A DNA stretch of 64,000 nucleotides, from positions 11,464-75,463 of the forward strand of contig JBGRQB010000002.1 in assembly GCA_041725875.1 (NCBI GenBank), written 5' to 3'. Under the pieces are notes generated by a model. It searched no databases. It was not told where the DNA came from and saw nothing but the letters and a program-made list of their open reading frames with translations. The DNA is from Rhodothermaceae bacterium. Its GTDB lineage: Bacteria > Bacteroidota > Ignavibacteria > Ignavibacteriales > Melioribacteraceae. Every line of letters begins with the position of its first letter. Position 1 is the stretch's first letter. This document shows, in pieces, positions 20,052-30,937 of this stretch. The position numbers and the translations under genes are program-made.

Positions 20052-20882
20052 TTATTGAGTTGTTTCGGTTAGACCTAAATATAAGGATTTGATTAATTCT
20101 TGCATTCTGTCTGCATCTTGATTTGGTAGCGGATCAAAATCTTGTGCAAGACGATAGTTGTTTTCTGTAGCTGCTTCTGCTTGAAGTATGTTTCTGCAAG
20201 TTTCCATTAGTTCTTCAGTAAGATGGACTTTCATATCCCATCCAAGTATTTGCGCTCCGGCAAGTTCATAATCATAATTTGGATCTTCTGTTAAATCGTC
20301 AGTTATTTTATGTTCATTACCTGCCCCGAGATAATTTTCAATTATAATCTGAATGTCGATTGCATCTTTTCTTCTTGTAGGATAACACTCTTCCCAGGCA
20401 ATTAATTTTAGAGTAACAAAATGAATAAGATCAACTACCTTGATTTTTACTTCAGGATCATTTTTGATTTGGAGTTCAAGAGCATTATCAAAAGCTTCTT
20501 GATATCCCTGGATTGACATTATTCTGTCATAACTTGGTGGCCAGCTTATTTCATCATCATCTGCAACTTCTCCAAAAGGCACAAAATCCAAAGGAAAGTT
20601 TTCAAGAATTAATCTTTGAGTCTGGTTTGAATCTTCTTGTGCACCAATTGCAATCAGACTGGTTTTTATTTCTGCGAATCTTCTCCAGTCGGAGATACAA
20701 ACGCCAAAATCTATATCAGCAGTAATTCTTCGATTAATTTCCAACCGATGTAAATCATTCAGAATAATATCTCTTGCCGTTGCTCCTATTAAAAAATAGT
20801 TTACATTTTGAGTTGTTAATGTTTCGTGAACTTTACAAAGAGTATCACACAAATCACTATTTATTGAATCCGAAATGTTCAT
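20052..20882 (-). CDS. nucleotidyltransferase-fold protein, AbiEii-like putative toxin
   Basis: Minimal NTase motifs FLIGATARD...ITADIDFGV...LDFVPFG, and a later KLIAWEECYPTRRKDAIDIQ segment. The start overlaps the upstream gene by 26 nt. Confidence 0.6.
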   Translation of the reverse strand: MNISDSINSDLCDTLCKVHETLTTQNVNYFLIGATARDIILNDLHRLEINRRITADIDFGVCISDWRRFAEIKTSLIAIGAQEDSNQTQRLILENFPLDFVPFGEVADDDEISWPPSYDRIMSIQGYQEAFDNALELQIKNDPEVKIKVVDLIHFVTLKLIAWEECYPTRRKDAIDIQIIIENYLGAGNEHKITDDLTEDPNYDYELAGAQILGWDMKVHLTEELMETCRNILQAEAATENNYRLAQDFDPLPNQDADRMQELIKSLYLGLTETTQ

Positions 20883-21861
20883 AAATATCCCTGTTGTAAA
20901 TATTATTTAGTATTTCTAATATTCTTGAATCTCTGTATGATATTAAGTCGCCATAAATTAAAAGCGGGTTTACAATATTTTTATTTAAAGATAAATCTTC
21001 GAAGTTCCAAAATTTGTTTACGAGTTGGATATTGCCATTTGGGTTTTCAGTCAGCTGGGCTTTTGTTTTCAGAAGATTAATCTTTTTGATGTTGTTTTCA
21101 ACATATATTGTAAAAGTTTCAGGATTTGTTAATTCAGATATTTTTCCTGCAGCAACTTCTCCGCCCCATACTGCCCCAAATGATTCAAGATTAACACTGT
21201 TTTGCCAGTCATTTTTACGTGAACTAAATTTTCCTATACTTTTTTTAGGTCGTAAAATTAAAGCATATTGCTCAGCCCATTTTCTGAACAGTTCATCCTT
21301 TTTTACAATTTTTCTCTTTTTGTTTATTACAATAAGATATTTATTTGTTTCCAAATCATTCATAATCCAGGTCACTGTACCATTTGCTACTCCGGCAACA
21401 GAAGCAATAGTTCTGTAACTTTCTCTTTCTAATCCCGGATTAGAAAGTAAGGCAAATAATAATTGGAGTCCGGATGGTTGAAATAATCGTATACTTTTTT
21501 CCGGTTTAGATTTTGGACGGTTTCCTTTTATCTGAATAAAAAAACTATCAGTTTTTATAAAAGCGTTACCGGCGGCATCAAGATAATTTATTTGATCTTT
21601 TTCAAGACTAACAGCCAAATTATCATTGATGTAATCCATAATAACTAAAGGAGGATAATTATAATTTGGAGTGTGGAACACGTTTAAGAAATTGAAATTT
21701 GCAGTTTTCCTTATTATTCCGGTAAACTTTGTCTTTATACCGTTATAAATCAATGTAATGATTAACTCATTATGGTTTAATGAATTATCAGTTAAGTTAA
21801 ATTGAATTCCGGTTAATTTTTCAAGTTTGGTTAAAACAATTTCTATTTTTGAATTTTCCAT
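20857..21861 (-). CDS. wHTH regulator, AbiEi-like putative antitoxin with unassigned N-terminal domain
   Basis: Central HTH-like YRTIASVAGVANGTVTWIMNDLETNKYL. The C-terminal part (ELFRKWAEQYALILRPKK...AVWGGEVAAGK...TIYV) is reminiscent of AbiEi-type antitoxins. Start chosen at MENSKIE (ATG at 21861) rather than 21936. Confidence 0.55.
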   Translation of the reverse strand: MENSKIEIVLTKLEKLTGIQFNLTDNSLNHNELIITLIYNGIKTKFTGIIRKTANFNFLNVFHTPNYNYPPLVIMDYINDNLAVSLEKDQINYLDAAGNAFIKTDSFFIQIKGNRPKSKPEKSIRLFQPSGLQLLFALLSNPGLERESYRTIASVAGVANGTVTWIMNDLETNKYLIVINKKRKIVKKDELFRKWAEQYALILRPKKSIGKFSSRKNDWQNSVNLESFGAVWGGEVAAGKISELTNPETFTIYVENNIKKINLLKTKAQLTENPNGNIQLVNKFWNFEDLSLNKNIVNPLLIYGDLISYRDSRILEILNNIYNRDIYEHFGFNK

Positions 21862-21872
21862 ACAAACACTCT

Positions 21873-21925
21873 TGTACACTAATTTTTGATGTACACTTAT
21901 AGTGAACATAGTAAAAAAGTGTACA
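21873..21925 (-). promoter_or_regulatory. candidate operator: three copies of TGTACACT (two direct, one inverted) in the promoter of the AbiEi-like gene
   Basis: TGTACACT at 21873..21880 and 21890..21897; its reverse complement AGTGTACA at 21918..21925. All lie within 65 nt upstream of the ATG. Confidence 0.55.
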
Positions 21926-22081
21926 AAGTGCAACAAGATTAAATAAAAAAACTGGTTTATAATTAATTCACAATCAAAACGGTATTTATAATGGCCAGAT
22001 TTGATATGTGACAGAGAAGTGATTTTACTTCCTGCTTGTCAGTGAAATTTCTTATTTTTGTGCTGAATTAATTTACAGATT

Positions 22082-22642
22082 ATGATTTTTGACGAAAGAC
22101 AAATAGTAAAAAGAATAAAAAACTCCGATCGGGAGGCTTTTAAAGTTTTATATGATGAGTTTGCCAATCGCATATATAAATTTTTATGCAGAAAACTCAA
22201 TAATTCGGAAGAAGCTGCTGATCTGGTTCAGGAAGTTTTTGTGAAAGTATGGAATAATCGTGAAAAACTCGATTCTTCGCAAAGCATTAAATCTTATCTT
22301 TTCACATCTGCAAATAATATTGCCATCGATTTTTTCAGGAAAAAGAAGCTGGAAGTTGCAGATGTTGAAGATTATGAAAACAGATGTATTTACGAATTTG
22401 AGCAGGATTTTGATATTCCGGATCATATAAAGAAAGCGGTGGATCAGCTTCCTGTTATGCAGAAAAACGTTTTTTATTTGAGTCGCTTCGAAGGATTAAA
22501 ACATGAAGAAATTTCTCAGCTGCTGAAAATATCAAAGAGAACAGTTGAAAATCATATGTGGCGTGCACTTTCAAAATTGAGAGAAAATTTAAAACACCTG
22601 ATAATATTTTTATGTTACATTTTGATTAGGTGTATATTCTGA
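22082..22642 (+). CDS. ECF-type RNA polymerase sigma-70 factor
   Basis: Region 2 (DLVQEVFVKVW) and region 4 (LSRFEGLKHEEISQLLKISKRTVENHMWRAL) motifs. Confidence 0.9.
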   Translation: MIFDERQIVKRIKNSDREAFKVLYDEFANRIYKFLCRKLNNSEEAADLVQEVFVKVWNNREKLDSSQSIKSYLFTSANNIAIDFFRKKKLEVADVEDYENRCIYEFEQDFDIPDHIKKAVDQLPVMQKNVFYLSRFEGLKHEEISQLLKISKRTVENHMWRALSKLRENLKHLIIFLCYILIRCIF

Positions 22643-22662
22643 AAATAACGTATTACAGATAA

Positions 22663-23628
22663 ATGGATAACGAAAAATTATACATATCGCTGATTCAGAA
22701 AAAACTTTCGGGTGAAATTTCACCTGAAGAAGTTAAGCAGCTGGAAGAAATTAAAAATTCATCTGAAGAGAATAAAAGAATTTATGATGAATACAAAAGT
22801 CTCTGGCAGGAGATCAAACCTCCTTTTGAAGAGGAAAATTTTGATACCATTGCCGGTTGGGATAACATTTCGGAAAAGCTCGATTTTACAGAAACTGAAA
22901 TAAAAACTACCGGATCTTATTATAAGTGGTACGGAATTGCAGCGTCAGTTTTAATTTTACTTTCACTGGCTCTCTACAATTTTACAGGAAACAATTTCAC
23001 TACTTTCTCAAATCCGAATGAAAAAGTAAAAGAATTTTTGCTTCCCGATAAATCAATTGTAAAGTTAAGCAAAGGGAGTACGCTTGAGTTCGACTGGAAT
23101 GAAGAGCCTGAATTAAGAGAAGTAAAGCTGACCGGCGATGCATTTTTTGTTGTTTTCGAAAATAAGGAAGTCCCGTTTATTGTAAATACATTTAATGCAA
23201 GAACCAAAGTATTGGGAACTTCATTTCTGATTGATACGGAAGAGAGTAAAACAATTCTTACGGTAAAGAGCGGACGAGTAGAATTTAAGGCAAATAAAAA
23301 TGATGTCGGGCATATTGTGAAAAAAAATCAGCAGAGCTTTGTAAGAAACACAAAAGAGGCGTCAGTCCCGATAGAAATAAATGCTGATTTTGCAGTTAAT
23401 AAATATTTGGAAAATTACACTTTTAAAAGTTTATCCTTTGCCAATGTTTTGAAGTTTTTACAAGACGATTTCAACTTTACATACAGAGTTAACGATGAGG
23501 ATGTTTTGCGCAGAAAAGTAACTGCATCTTTTAATAAACAAGATTTGCAGATAATTATTGAATCACTTTGCAGTGCGCTGAATTTAAAGTTTTCTCAAAA
23601 AGATTCCGAGTATTATTTTTATAAGTGA
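22663..23628 (+). CDS. FecR family anti-sigma factor / transmembrane sensor
   Basis: N-terminal anti-sigma segment, a single TM (WYGIAASVLILLSLALY) and FecR-domain blocks (LPDKSIVKLSKGSTLEF, LTGDAFF, VLGTSF). Confidence 0.85.
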   Translation: MDNEKLYISLIQKKLSGEISPEEVKQLEEIKNSSEENKRIYDEYKSLWQEIKPPFEEENFDTIAGWDNISEKLDFTETEIKTTGSYYKWYGIAASVLILLSLALYNFTGNNFTTFSNPNEKVKEFLLPDKSIVKLSKGSTLEFDWNEEPELREVKLTGDAFFVVFENKEVPFIVNTFNARTKVLGTSFLIDTEESKTILTVKSGRVEFKANKNDVGHIVKKNQQSFVRNTKEASVPIEINADFAVNKYLENYTFKSLSFANVLKFLQDDFNFTYRVNDEDVLRRKVTASFNKQDLQIIIESLCSALNLKFSQKDSEYYFYK

Positions 23629-26234
23629 TTAAAAAAACATCTGAAATGCAAAATAAATTTTTTACCTTTTTCATTACGTGGCTTTTATTTGTCCTGTTGC
23701 TGAGTGCAGGCGACAGATCAAAGAGAATCTATGTCTTTAATAACACTCCGTTAAAATCAGCTCTTGAACAAATTTCTGAAAATCAGGATGTTAGTTTTGT
23801 TTATGCTGACGAGACTGTCAGAAAAATAAAAATTACCGGAGAATTTGATTTAAGAGAAGCTGCCGCCGGAATAAAAAAACTTCTGGAAAATACAGGAGTT
23901 CGCATTGGTGTTCATCGCGGACAAATTTTTGTATTGGTTCAAGATAACTCTTCTCAGAGGGTTTTAAATATTCACGGTAAAACGTATGATCTGGAATCGG
24001 GTGAAAGTCTCCCCTATACTCACATCACAATTTTGGAAACAGGAAATACTATTGTGTCTGATGAAAACGGGAATTTTGAATTTATCAATATTCCTTATGG
24101 CAGTCTGACACTTAAAGCAAGATACATTGGTTATTCTGAAAATGTTTATTTCCTGAAACCGGAAGCGCTTGAAGAGGAATTAAAAATACCATTAAGCAAA
24201 TCTGATTTGATAATGAAAAATGTTGTTGTTATCGATTCAACACAAAATTTGTTTGATTCAGGTGAAGATATTTCACAAATGATGCTTGATCATAAAAGTC
24301 TGAGCAGCTTTCCTGTTAACGGACAAAAAGATGTTTTCCGCTGTTTAAAACTTCTTTCAGGATTAAATGAAGATGGTTCCGGAAATTCTGTTTTGCGTAT
24401 TAGGGGCGGACTCGAATCTCAAAACCAGATACTTTTAGATGGAATTAATCTCTACCATACAGATTATTTTTTAGGAATGTTCAGTACAATTCCTTTTGAG
24501 ATAGTAAATGATATCAGAGTTTACAAAAGTGGTTATGGTGCAAGTCACGGCGGCAAAATTGGCGGCATAATAGACATTACAACAAAGAACGGAAGTACAA
24601 AAAAGTATGGTGCCCAGCTTGAAGTTAACAACATAGGAATAAACGGGACGTTTCAGATTCCGGTTACCGAGAAGCTTTCAGTTTATGCATCCGGCAGAAG
24701 ATTGTTCTGGACGGAAAGTTTTGGCAGTATGTATAGACAAGTTTCTTTAAGTAATAAAGAAGTTTATGATGAGTTTACATATAGTGCTGCAAATCCGGCA
24801 TTATTGTTTTATGATGCTTATGTAAAAGTTGTTTACTTTCCCGATGTAAAAAATCTTTTGATGCTGAGTGGGTTTCACACTTTTGACGAAAGTGATATCT
24901 GGTTCCGCGACTACTCAGTAGGTTCGAACAAACCGGGAATTGAAAATTCCCAGGATGAAAAAAGAAGAAAAAATCTTGGAGCAGGATTAAACTGGTTTCA
25001 TCTGTTTAGTGACAGAATAAAATTAAAAAGTACGTTTTCTTATTCAAGATATAATTCCAGACAAATTATTAATGATTCCTATGTGGTTAAGCAGGGATAT
25101 AAACATTCTGAATACATAACAAAAAACAGATTAAAGAACTTTTTAGCAAAAGCAGAAGTTGATTATAAGCATAGCAACAATCTTCAATTTAAAGCAGGTT
25201 TGGAACATCAAACATCTGTAATTGATTTCAGTAAATATGAAGAAAAAGATTATGAAGCGGGTACTTCGTTTTCGCAAATGGAAACAATAGGCGTTTCTTC
25301 TTTTTATTTATCGGCTAAAAGTAAATTTTCTGACAGATTAAAAATTTCTCCCGGCTTTAGAGTTACCACATCCAGCATTGCAAATAAATTTTATCTTGAG
25401 CCGAGAATCAAATTTAGTTATAAATTGAATGAAGATATGCACCTTAAAGGAGCTTATGGAATTTATAATCAGTTTATAATTAAAGATGCAGAATACAACC
25501 GGACAACCAAAGATTTAAAAAGCTGGGTTGTTGCCGACGAGGAGAATTATGTTCCTTCCGCTTCCACTCATTACATTATTGGAGTTAAATATAAATATGC
25601 CGGATTTTTGTTTGATGCTGAATGTTACTTTATTGACAGAGAAAATGTTTTTTCTCCATATTTTAAAAAGCGGCCGGATAGTTATAAAGTCGGTTCCGAA
25701 CAAAATATTGATAACGGGTACTCACACGGAATTGAAATTCAGATAACAAATAATGTGGGTCCGGTAAAAGGATGGATAAATTATTCTTACAACAATTCGC
25801 AGGTCTATTTTAAAAATCCTTACAGAGTATTAAAACTGGAGGAGAAAGGACTTTCAGCTCACGTGGCAAATCTTTTCCTGAGTTATACTATCTTTAACGT
25901 AAATTTATCGTCGCTTGTCTCTTATGGCAGCGGATCAACATATTATTATGATGGCGATTATTTTGATGGGCGTGAAGGTTTGGTTAAAATAGATGATGAA
26001 GTGTATTTTTATAAAAGCAGACTCCCGGATCATCTGCGAGTTGATTTGTCTGCGAGTTATGATTTTAAACTCCCCTGGTTTAAAGTTTCTACCGGAATTT
26101 CTGTTTACAATCTTCTTGACAGAGAAAATATATGGAAGAAAAATGCTAACTATTCTTCAGAAGAGGGTTTAAGGGTAGTTGAATATAAAGGGTTCGGACA
26201 AAGAATTTCCTTTTTTACAAAAATATATTTATAA
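23625..26234 (+). CDS. TonB-dependent receptor/transducer with STN and CarboxypepD_reg domains
   Basis: STN-like PLKSALEQISENQDVSFVY, a carboxypeptidase-regulatory-like beta-sandwich (GESLPYTHITILETGN...NGNFEF), the plug (LRIRGG, ILLDGINLY) and a large barrel. The real start may be the ATG (MQNKFF) about 20 nt downstream of the listed GTG. Confidence 0.85.
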   Translation: MIKKTSEMQNKFFTFFITWLLFVLLLSAGDRSKRIYVFNNTPLKSALEQISENQDVSFVYADETVRKIKITGEFDLREAAAGIKKLLENTGVRIGVHRGQIFVLVQDNSSQRVLNIHGKTYDLESGESLPYTHITILETGNTIVSDENGNFEFINIPYGSLTLKARYIGYSENVYFLKPEALEEELKIPLSKSDLIMKNVVVIDSTQNLFDSGEDISQMMLDHKSLSSFPVNGQKDVFRCLKLLSGLNEDGSGNSVLRIRGGLESQNQILLDGINLYHTDYFLGMFSTIPFEIVNDIRVYKSGYGASHGGKIGGIIDITTKNGSTKKYGAQLEVNNIGINGTFQIPVTEKLSVYASGRRLFWTESFGSMYRQVSLSNKEVYDEFTYSAANPALLFYDAYVKVVYFPDVKNLLMLSGFHTFDESDIWFRDYSVGSNKPGIENSQDEKRRKNLGAGLNWFHLFSDRIKLKSTFSYSRYNSRQIINDSYVVKQGYKHSEYITKNRLKNFLAKAEVDYKHSNNLQFKAGLEHQTSVIDFSKYEEKDYEAGTSFSQMETIGVSSFYLSAKSKFSDRLKISPGFRVTTSSIANKFYLEPRIKFSYKLNEDMHLKGAYGIYNQFIIKDAEYNRTTKDLKSWVVADEENYVPSASTHYIIGVKYKYAGFLFDAECYFIDRENVFSPYFKKRPDSYKVGSEQNIDNGYSHGIEIQITNNVGPVKGWINYSYNNSQVYFKNPYRVLKLEEKGLSAHVANLFLSYTIFNVNLSSLVSYGSGSTYYYDGDYFDGREGLVKIDDEVYFYKSRLPDHLRVDLSASYDFKLPWFKVSTGISVYNLLDRENIWKKNANYSSEEGLRVVEYKGFGQRISFFTKIYL

Positions 26235-26241
26235 AGTAAAT

Positions 26242-28626
26242 TTACTCAAATCCCCTTTGGTAATTTCCTCTGGTGGTTCTGCCTAAAATAGTTTTTATCT
26301 CTTTCTCTTTTTCTCGCGAAAGTTTTTTCCCTTCAGCTAAATTTGAAAAGAAATTCAAAATCTCTCTCTTGTCAATATTGGAATAATTTGTAAAAGGAAA
26401 ATTTCTGAAATCGAGTAAAAAATAATCTGCATCTATTTGATTTATTGCATCAGGAAGAAAAAGAGCTGCGTCGTTGAAAATCCTGTTTTGGTGTCCGGCT
26501 GATTTTAAAATGTGAAACGGAATACTTTTTTCATCAAAATATTTTGTGTAGTTTATGCAGCCATTCTGACAAGCATCATCAGTTTGCGTTTTTCCCTGCT
26601 GACAAAGATCAGGTTTCTGAAAAAGACATTGTCTGGTTGTCATTAATATTAAAGAACCAAAGACTGTGTAAAATGTCAGGAAATTATCAGGAACAGCAAT
26701 ATCGTTGATTTGAGTTTTATTTATTTCAGAAGAATAAAAAGCTCCGGCTGCTTTTGCCTTTGTTTTATAAGCCCGGAAAGAACTTCCGTTTGTACAGTTT
26801 AACTGCGGACCGGCAATCCAGTTAAAATTGTTTTCACTGCACCATTTGCCCAGACCGCTATTATCAGAAACAACAAACTCAGGATTAACTTGTGTTAACA
26901 AGTTTGTATAAAAAGGAATATCTTTTTCTAAAATAAAAGGCGGAAGCCAGGGTAAAATATTTTTCTGGAATTTTTCTGCTTTTGTTGCTGTGCTTGTTTC
27001 AAGAAAAATTTGTCCGTCAAAATTTTCAGGAATAAATTCTGTATCGGTATTGTCAGAAATTAACAGAGCAATTTTTTTAAGTGCTTTCTTTTTAGAGGTG
27101 ACAGGTTGAACAAATTCATACTCTGGTTTTGCCGGAGAAAAATATTCAACTGCTTCTCTTCTCATATTATTCAATTCTTTTATCGGGATGAATAATTCGT
27201 CTGATAATCCTTTGGTATCAATATTATCTAATTCAAAAAATGTGTTTCCCAATCTGCCAAATTGTTTTTGAAGCGATTCTTTTGTCAGTGCAGATTTTTC
27301 TGCAGCGGATAATTTTGCTTCGCTGAAAACTTCAATCGACTTTCCGTTACAGGTAAAAACCGCTTTAAGATGTTCTTCTTTATTGCCGGAAACTTTTACA
27401 TCAAGTTTTTGTTTTTGAGGCTGCAGTGCATCTATCTGTTGTTTGATAAAATCAGCTTCACTCTGATCTTTTAGAAGAAGCACAATCTGATCCTTTAGAA
27501 TTTTTCCTTTTAGCTGATTTTCAATTTCAATTTGCCAAACTCTGTTTCGGATTTTCTTTTTAACTAATGCACCGCAGATAAAGGAATTTTCAGGAGTGTA
27601 GATGTTAATTCTGCCTCCTGCTGCAATTTGTTTATTTGTGTTAACAGTCAGTTCTTTTCTGTTTGCAGAATAAAATTCAACTTCACCAATTGGTTCGTAA
27701 GATTGATCCAGTGGTGAATCGACCAGCATTTTAGATGAAATAGATGATTGATAATAACCTGTACTGAAATCGCGGTTAAAAACTTTTTCAACCTTTTTTT
27801 GCAAATCCTCAGATTGGTTTTTCTTTTTTTGCAGAGCATCAAGTTGTTGCCGCCAGGCATTTGTAACCTGATAAACATAGTTGAAGTTTTTTATTCGTCC
27901 CTCAATTTTCAGAGTATCAGCACCGGCTTTAATCAAATCTTCTGCGTGGATAAGTGCGTTGTTGTCTTTCAGACTCAAAAAATACTCTTTAAGATTATCT
28001 TCGGTTGTACCATATTGGCGCCTGCAAGGCTGCAGACAAGCACCTCTGTTACCCGGCTGTGCTGAAATAACAGAACTCATATAACATATTCCTGAACAGG
28101 AAATGCAGTAGGCGCCGTGCACAAATATTTCTGTTTTTATGTTGCGTAAATGTGAATGCTTAATCAGTGGTTTTAATTCTTCACCGGAAAGTTCGCGTGA
28201 AAAGTTAAGCTGGAAAAAATTGAACTCTTTCAGAAAATCAATTTGCAGAGAATTATGAGTTGTCATTTGAGTTGAAGCGTGAATTTCAAGATCGGGGAAA
28301 TATTTATTCAGTAGAAATGCAAAGCCGGGATCCTGAACAATTATTGCGTCTACTCCCATAGCGATAAGTTCGGCAGCAGTTTCAATTGCTTCGGGAATTT
28401 CTTTTTCAGTTAACAGAATATTCATAGTGATAAATATTTTTACATTTTTTGAATGTGCAATATTTAATAATTCACTAAGATCCTGATCAGTAATATTTTC
28501 TGCGCGTTTACGGGCGTTGAATTTTTTTAATCCCAAATAAACAGCATTTGTACCGGCAAGTATTGCAGCTTTAACTGCATTTACATCTCCTCCCGGAGAC
28601 AATATTTCAATTTCTCGTTCCATCAA
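26242..28626 (-). CDS. U32 family peptidase-like protein (long form with C-terminal extension)
   Basis: N-terminal TIM-like blocks AVYLGLKKFNAR, EIHASTQM, FVHGAYCISCSGICYMS and LKIEGRIK, typical of the U32 family. Confidence 0.87.
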   Translation of the reverse strand: MMEREIEILSPGGDVNAVKAAILAGTNAVYLGLKKFNARKRAENITDQDLSELLNIAHSKNVKIFITMNILLTEKEIPEAIETAAELIAMGVDAIIVQDPGFAFLLNKYFPDLEIHASTQMTTHNSLQIDFLKEFNFFQLNFSRELSGEELKPLIKHSHLRNIKTEIFVHGAYCISCSGICYMSSVISAQPGNRGACLQPCRRQYGTTEDNLKEYFLSLKDNNALIHAEDLIKAGADTLKIEGRIKNFNYVYQVTNAWRQQLDALQKKKNQSEDLQKKVEKVFNRDFSTGYYQSSISSKMLVDSPLDQSYEPIGEVEFYSANRKELTVNTNKQIAAGGRINIYTPENSFICGALVKKKIRNRVWQIEIENQLKGKILKDQIVLLLKDQSEADFIKQQIDALQPQKQKLDVKVSGNKEEHLKAVFTCNGKSIEVFSEAKLSAAEKSALTKESLQKQFGRLGNTFFELDNIDTKGLSDELFIPIKELNNMRREAVEYFSPAKPEYEFVQPVTSKKKALKKIALLISDNTDTEFIPENFDGQIFLETSTATKAEKFQKNILPWLPPFILEKDIPFYTNLLTQVNPEFVVSDNSGLGKWCSENNFNWIAGPQLNCTNGSSFRAYKTKAKAAGAFYSSEINKTQINDIAVPDNFLTFYTVFGSLILMTTRQCLFQKPDLCQQGKTQTDDACQNGCINYTKYFDEKSIPFHILKSAGHQNRIFNDAALFLPDAINQIDADYFLLDFRNFPFTNYSNIDKREILNFFSNLAEGKKLSREKEKEIKTILGRTTRGNYQRGFE

Positions 28627-28730
28627 CTCAACTTATACTCATCATTTCCAACATCAAATTTAAGCAAATATTTATTTAATAAATAACTTCGCAGGTTTTA
28701 TGGCTGAGGGATTAAGAGTGGATTTAAACT

Positions 28731-28760
28731 AAAAAATCCCGAACTGATTGCCCGGGATTT
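28731..28760 (-). terminator. rho-independent terminator downstream of the Lrp/AsnC gene
   Basis: On the minus strand, AATCCCG...CGGGATT stem followed by TTTTTT. Confidence 0.7.
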
Positions 28761-28782
28761 ACAAAAAAATATATATTAAAAA

Positions 28783-29259
28783 TTATTTTTCGTCTGAATT
28801 TTCAATTCTTACTCTTGTATCATATTTGATTGTTGACAAAACAAAAGTTGTTTTTAAACGACTTATCCCCTCAATCGGGTTTAATTTGTTAAGCACAAAC
28901 TTTTCATACTCTTTAATATCTTTTACTGCAACTTTAAGAAGAAAATCCTCTTCACCTGCAATGTGATAACATTCTAAAACTTCTTCAAGTTCACCAACTT
29001 TTTCTTTGAAGTCCTGAACTTCCTGCAGATCGTGAACCTTAATTGAAACTGAAACCATTGCCATTGTATTTTTTTCAACCTTATCAAAATCTACAAGGGC
29101 AACACACTTTCTTATCACACCCGATTTTTCGAGTCGTTTTACACGTTCAAGCATCCCGGGCGGAGAGATTCCGACTTCAGCGGCGAGCTGAGCATTTGTT
29201 ATATTGGAGTTCTCTTGAAGTATCTCCAATATCTGTCTGTCAATCTTATCAAATTTCAT
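28783..29259 (-). CDS. Lrp/AsnC family transcriptional regulator
   Basis: DRQILEILQENSNITNAQLAAEVGISPPGMLERVKRLEKSGVI HTH plus a C-terminal RAM/ACT-like domain. Confidence 0.9.
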   Translation of the reverse strand: MKFDKIDRQILEILQENSNITNAQLAAEVGISPPGMLERVKRLEKSGVIRKCVALVDFDKVEKNTMAMVSVSIKVHDLQEVQDFKEKVGELEEVLECYHIAGEEDFLLKVAVKDIKEYEKFVLNKLNPIEGISRLKTTFVLSTIKYDTRVRIENSDEK

Positions 29260-29280
29260 TTTGTATTCCGGATATAAAAA

Positions 29281-29310
29281 TTGGACAACTCAAAAAATTG
29301 AGTTGTCCAA
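29281..29310 (-). promoter_or_regulatory. perfect 13-bp inverted repeat between lyase stop and Lrp start (terminator and/or operator)
   Basis: TTGGACAACTCAA-AAAA-TTGAGTTGTCCAA. Confidence 0.5.
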
Positions 29311-29337
29311 TATGTATAATTAAAAAGTTATAATCAA

Positions 29338-30726
<1,389 letters not shown>

Positions 30727-30937
30727 TTAAAATTGTTTATATAATTCAATTATTTGTGTTTTGAGTGCACAATATAAACACAAAATGGGGTTTGTGCAAA
30801 TAAAATTAAGAATAAAAGATAAAAAACTTATTATATTCGGTTTGGTGGAATCTGACTTAAAGATAATTAATTGGATTTAGTTCGAAATATTTTGCAAATT
30901 GTTTTGAAGATTATCAAAATACAAATTACGGGAAAAT

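Noticed and set aside
21014-21418. 134-aa plus-strand ORF inside the AbiEi-like gene
   Set aside because: It is a shadow ORF antisense to the longer minus-strand gene, which carries a recognisable HTH segment.
21862-21936. N-terminal 25-codon extension of the AbiEi-like ORF (MLHFVHFFTMFTISVHQKLVYKSVC)
   Set aside because: The extension would run through the TGTACACT repeat region, which looks like a promoter/operator. The internal ATG at 21861 (MENSKIE) is the more plausible start.
22082-26234. ECF sigma / FecR / STN-TonB transducer considered as a candidate novel system
   Set aside because: This is the standard cell-surface signalling architecture, widespread in FCB-group bacteria. I saw nothing atypical except a hydrophobic C-terminal tail on the sigma factor.
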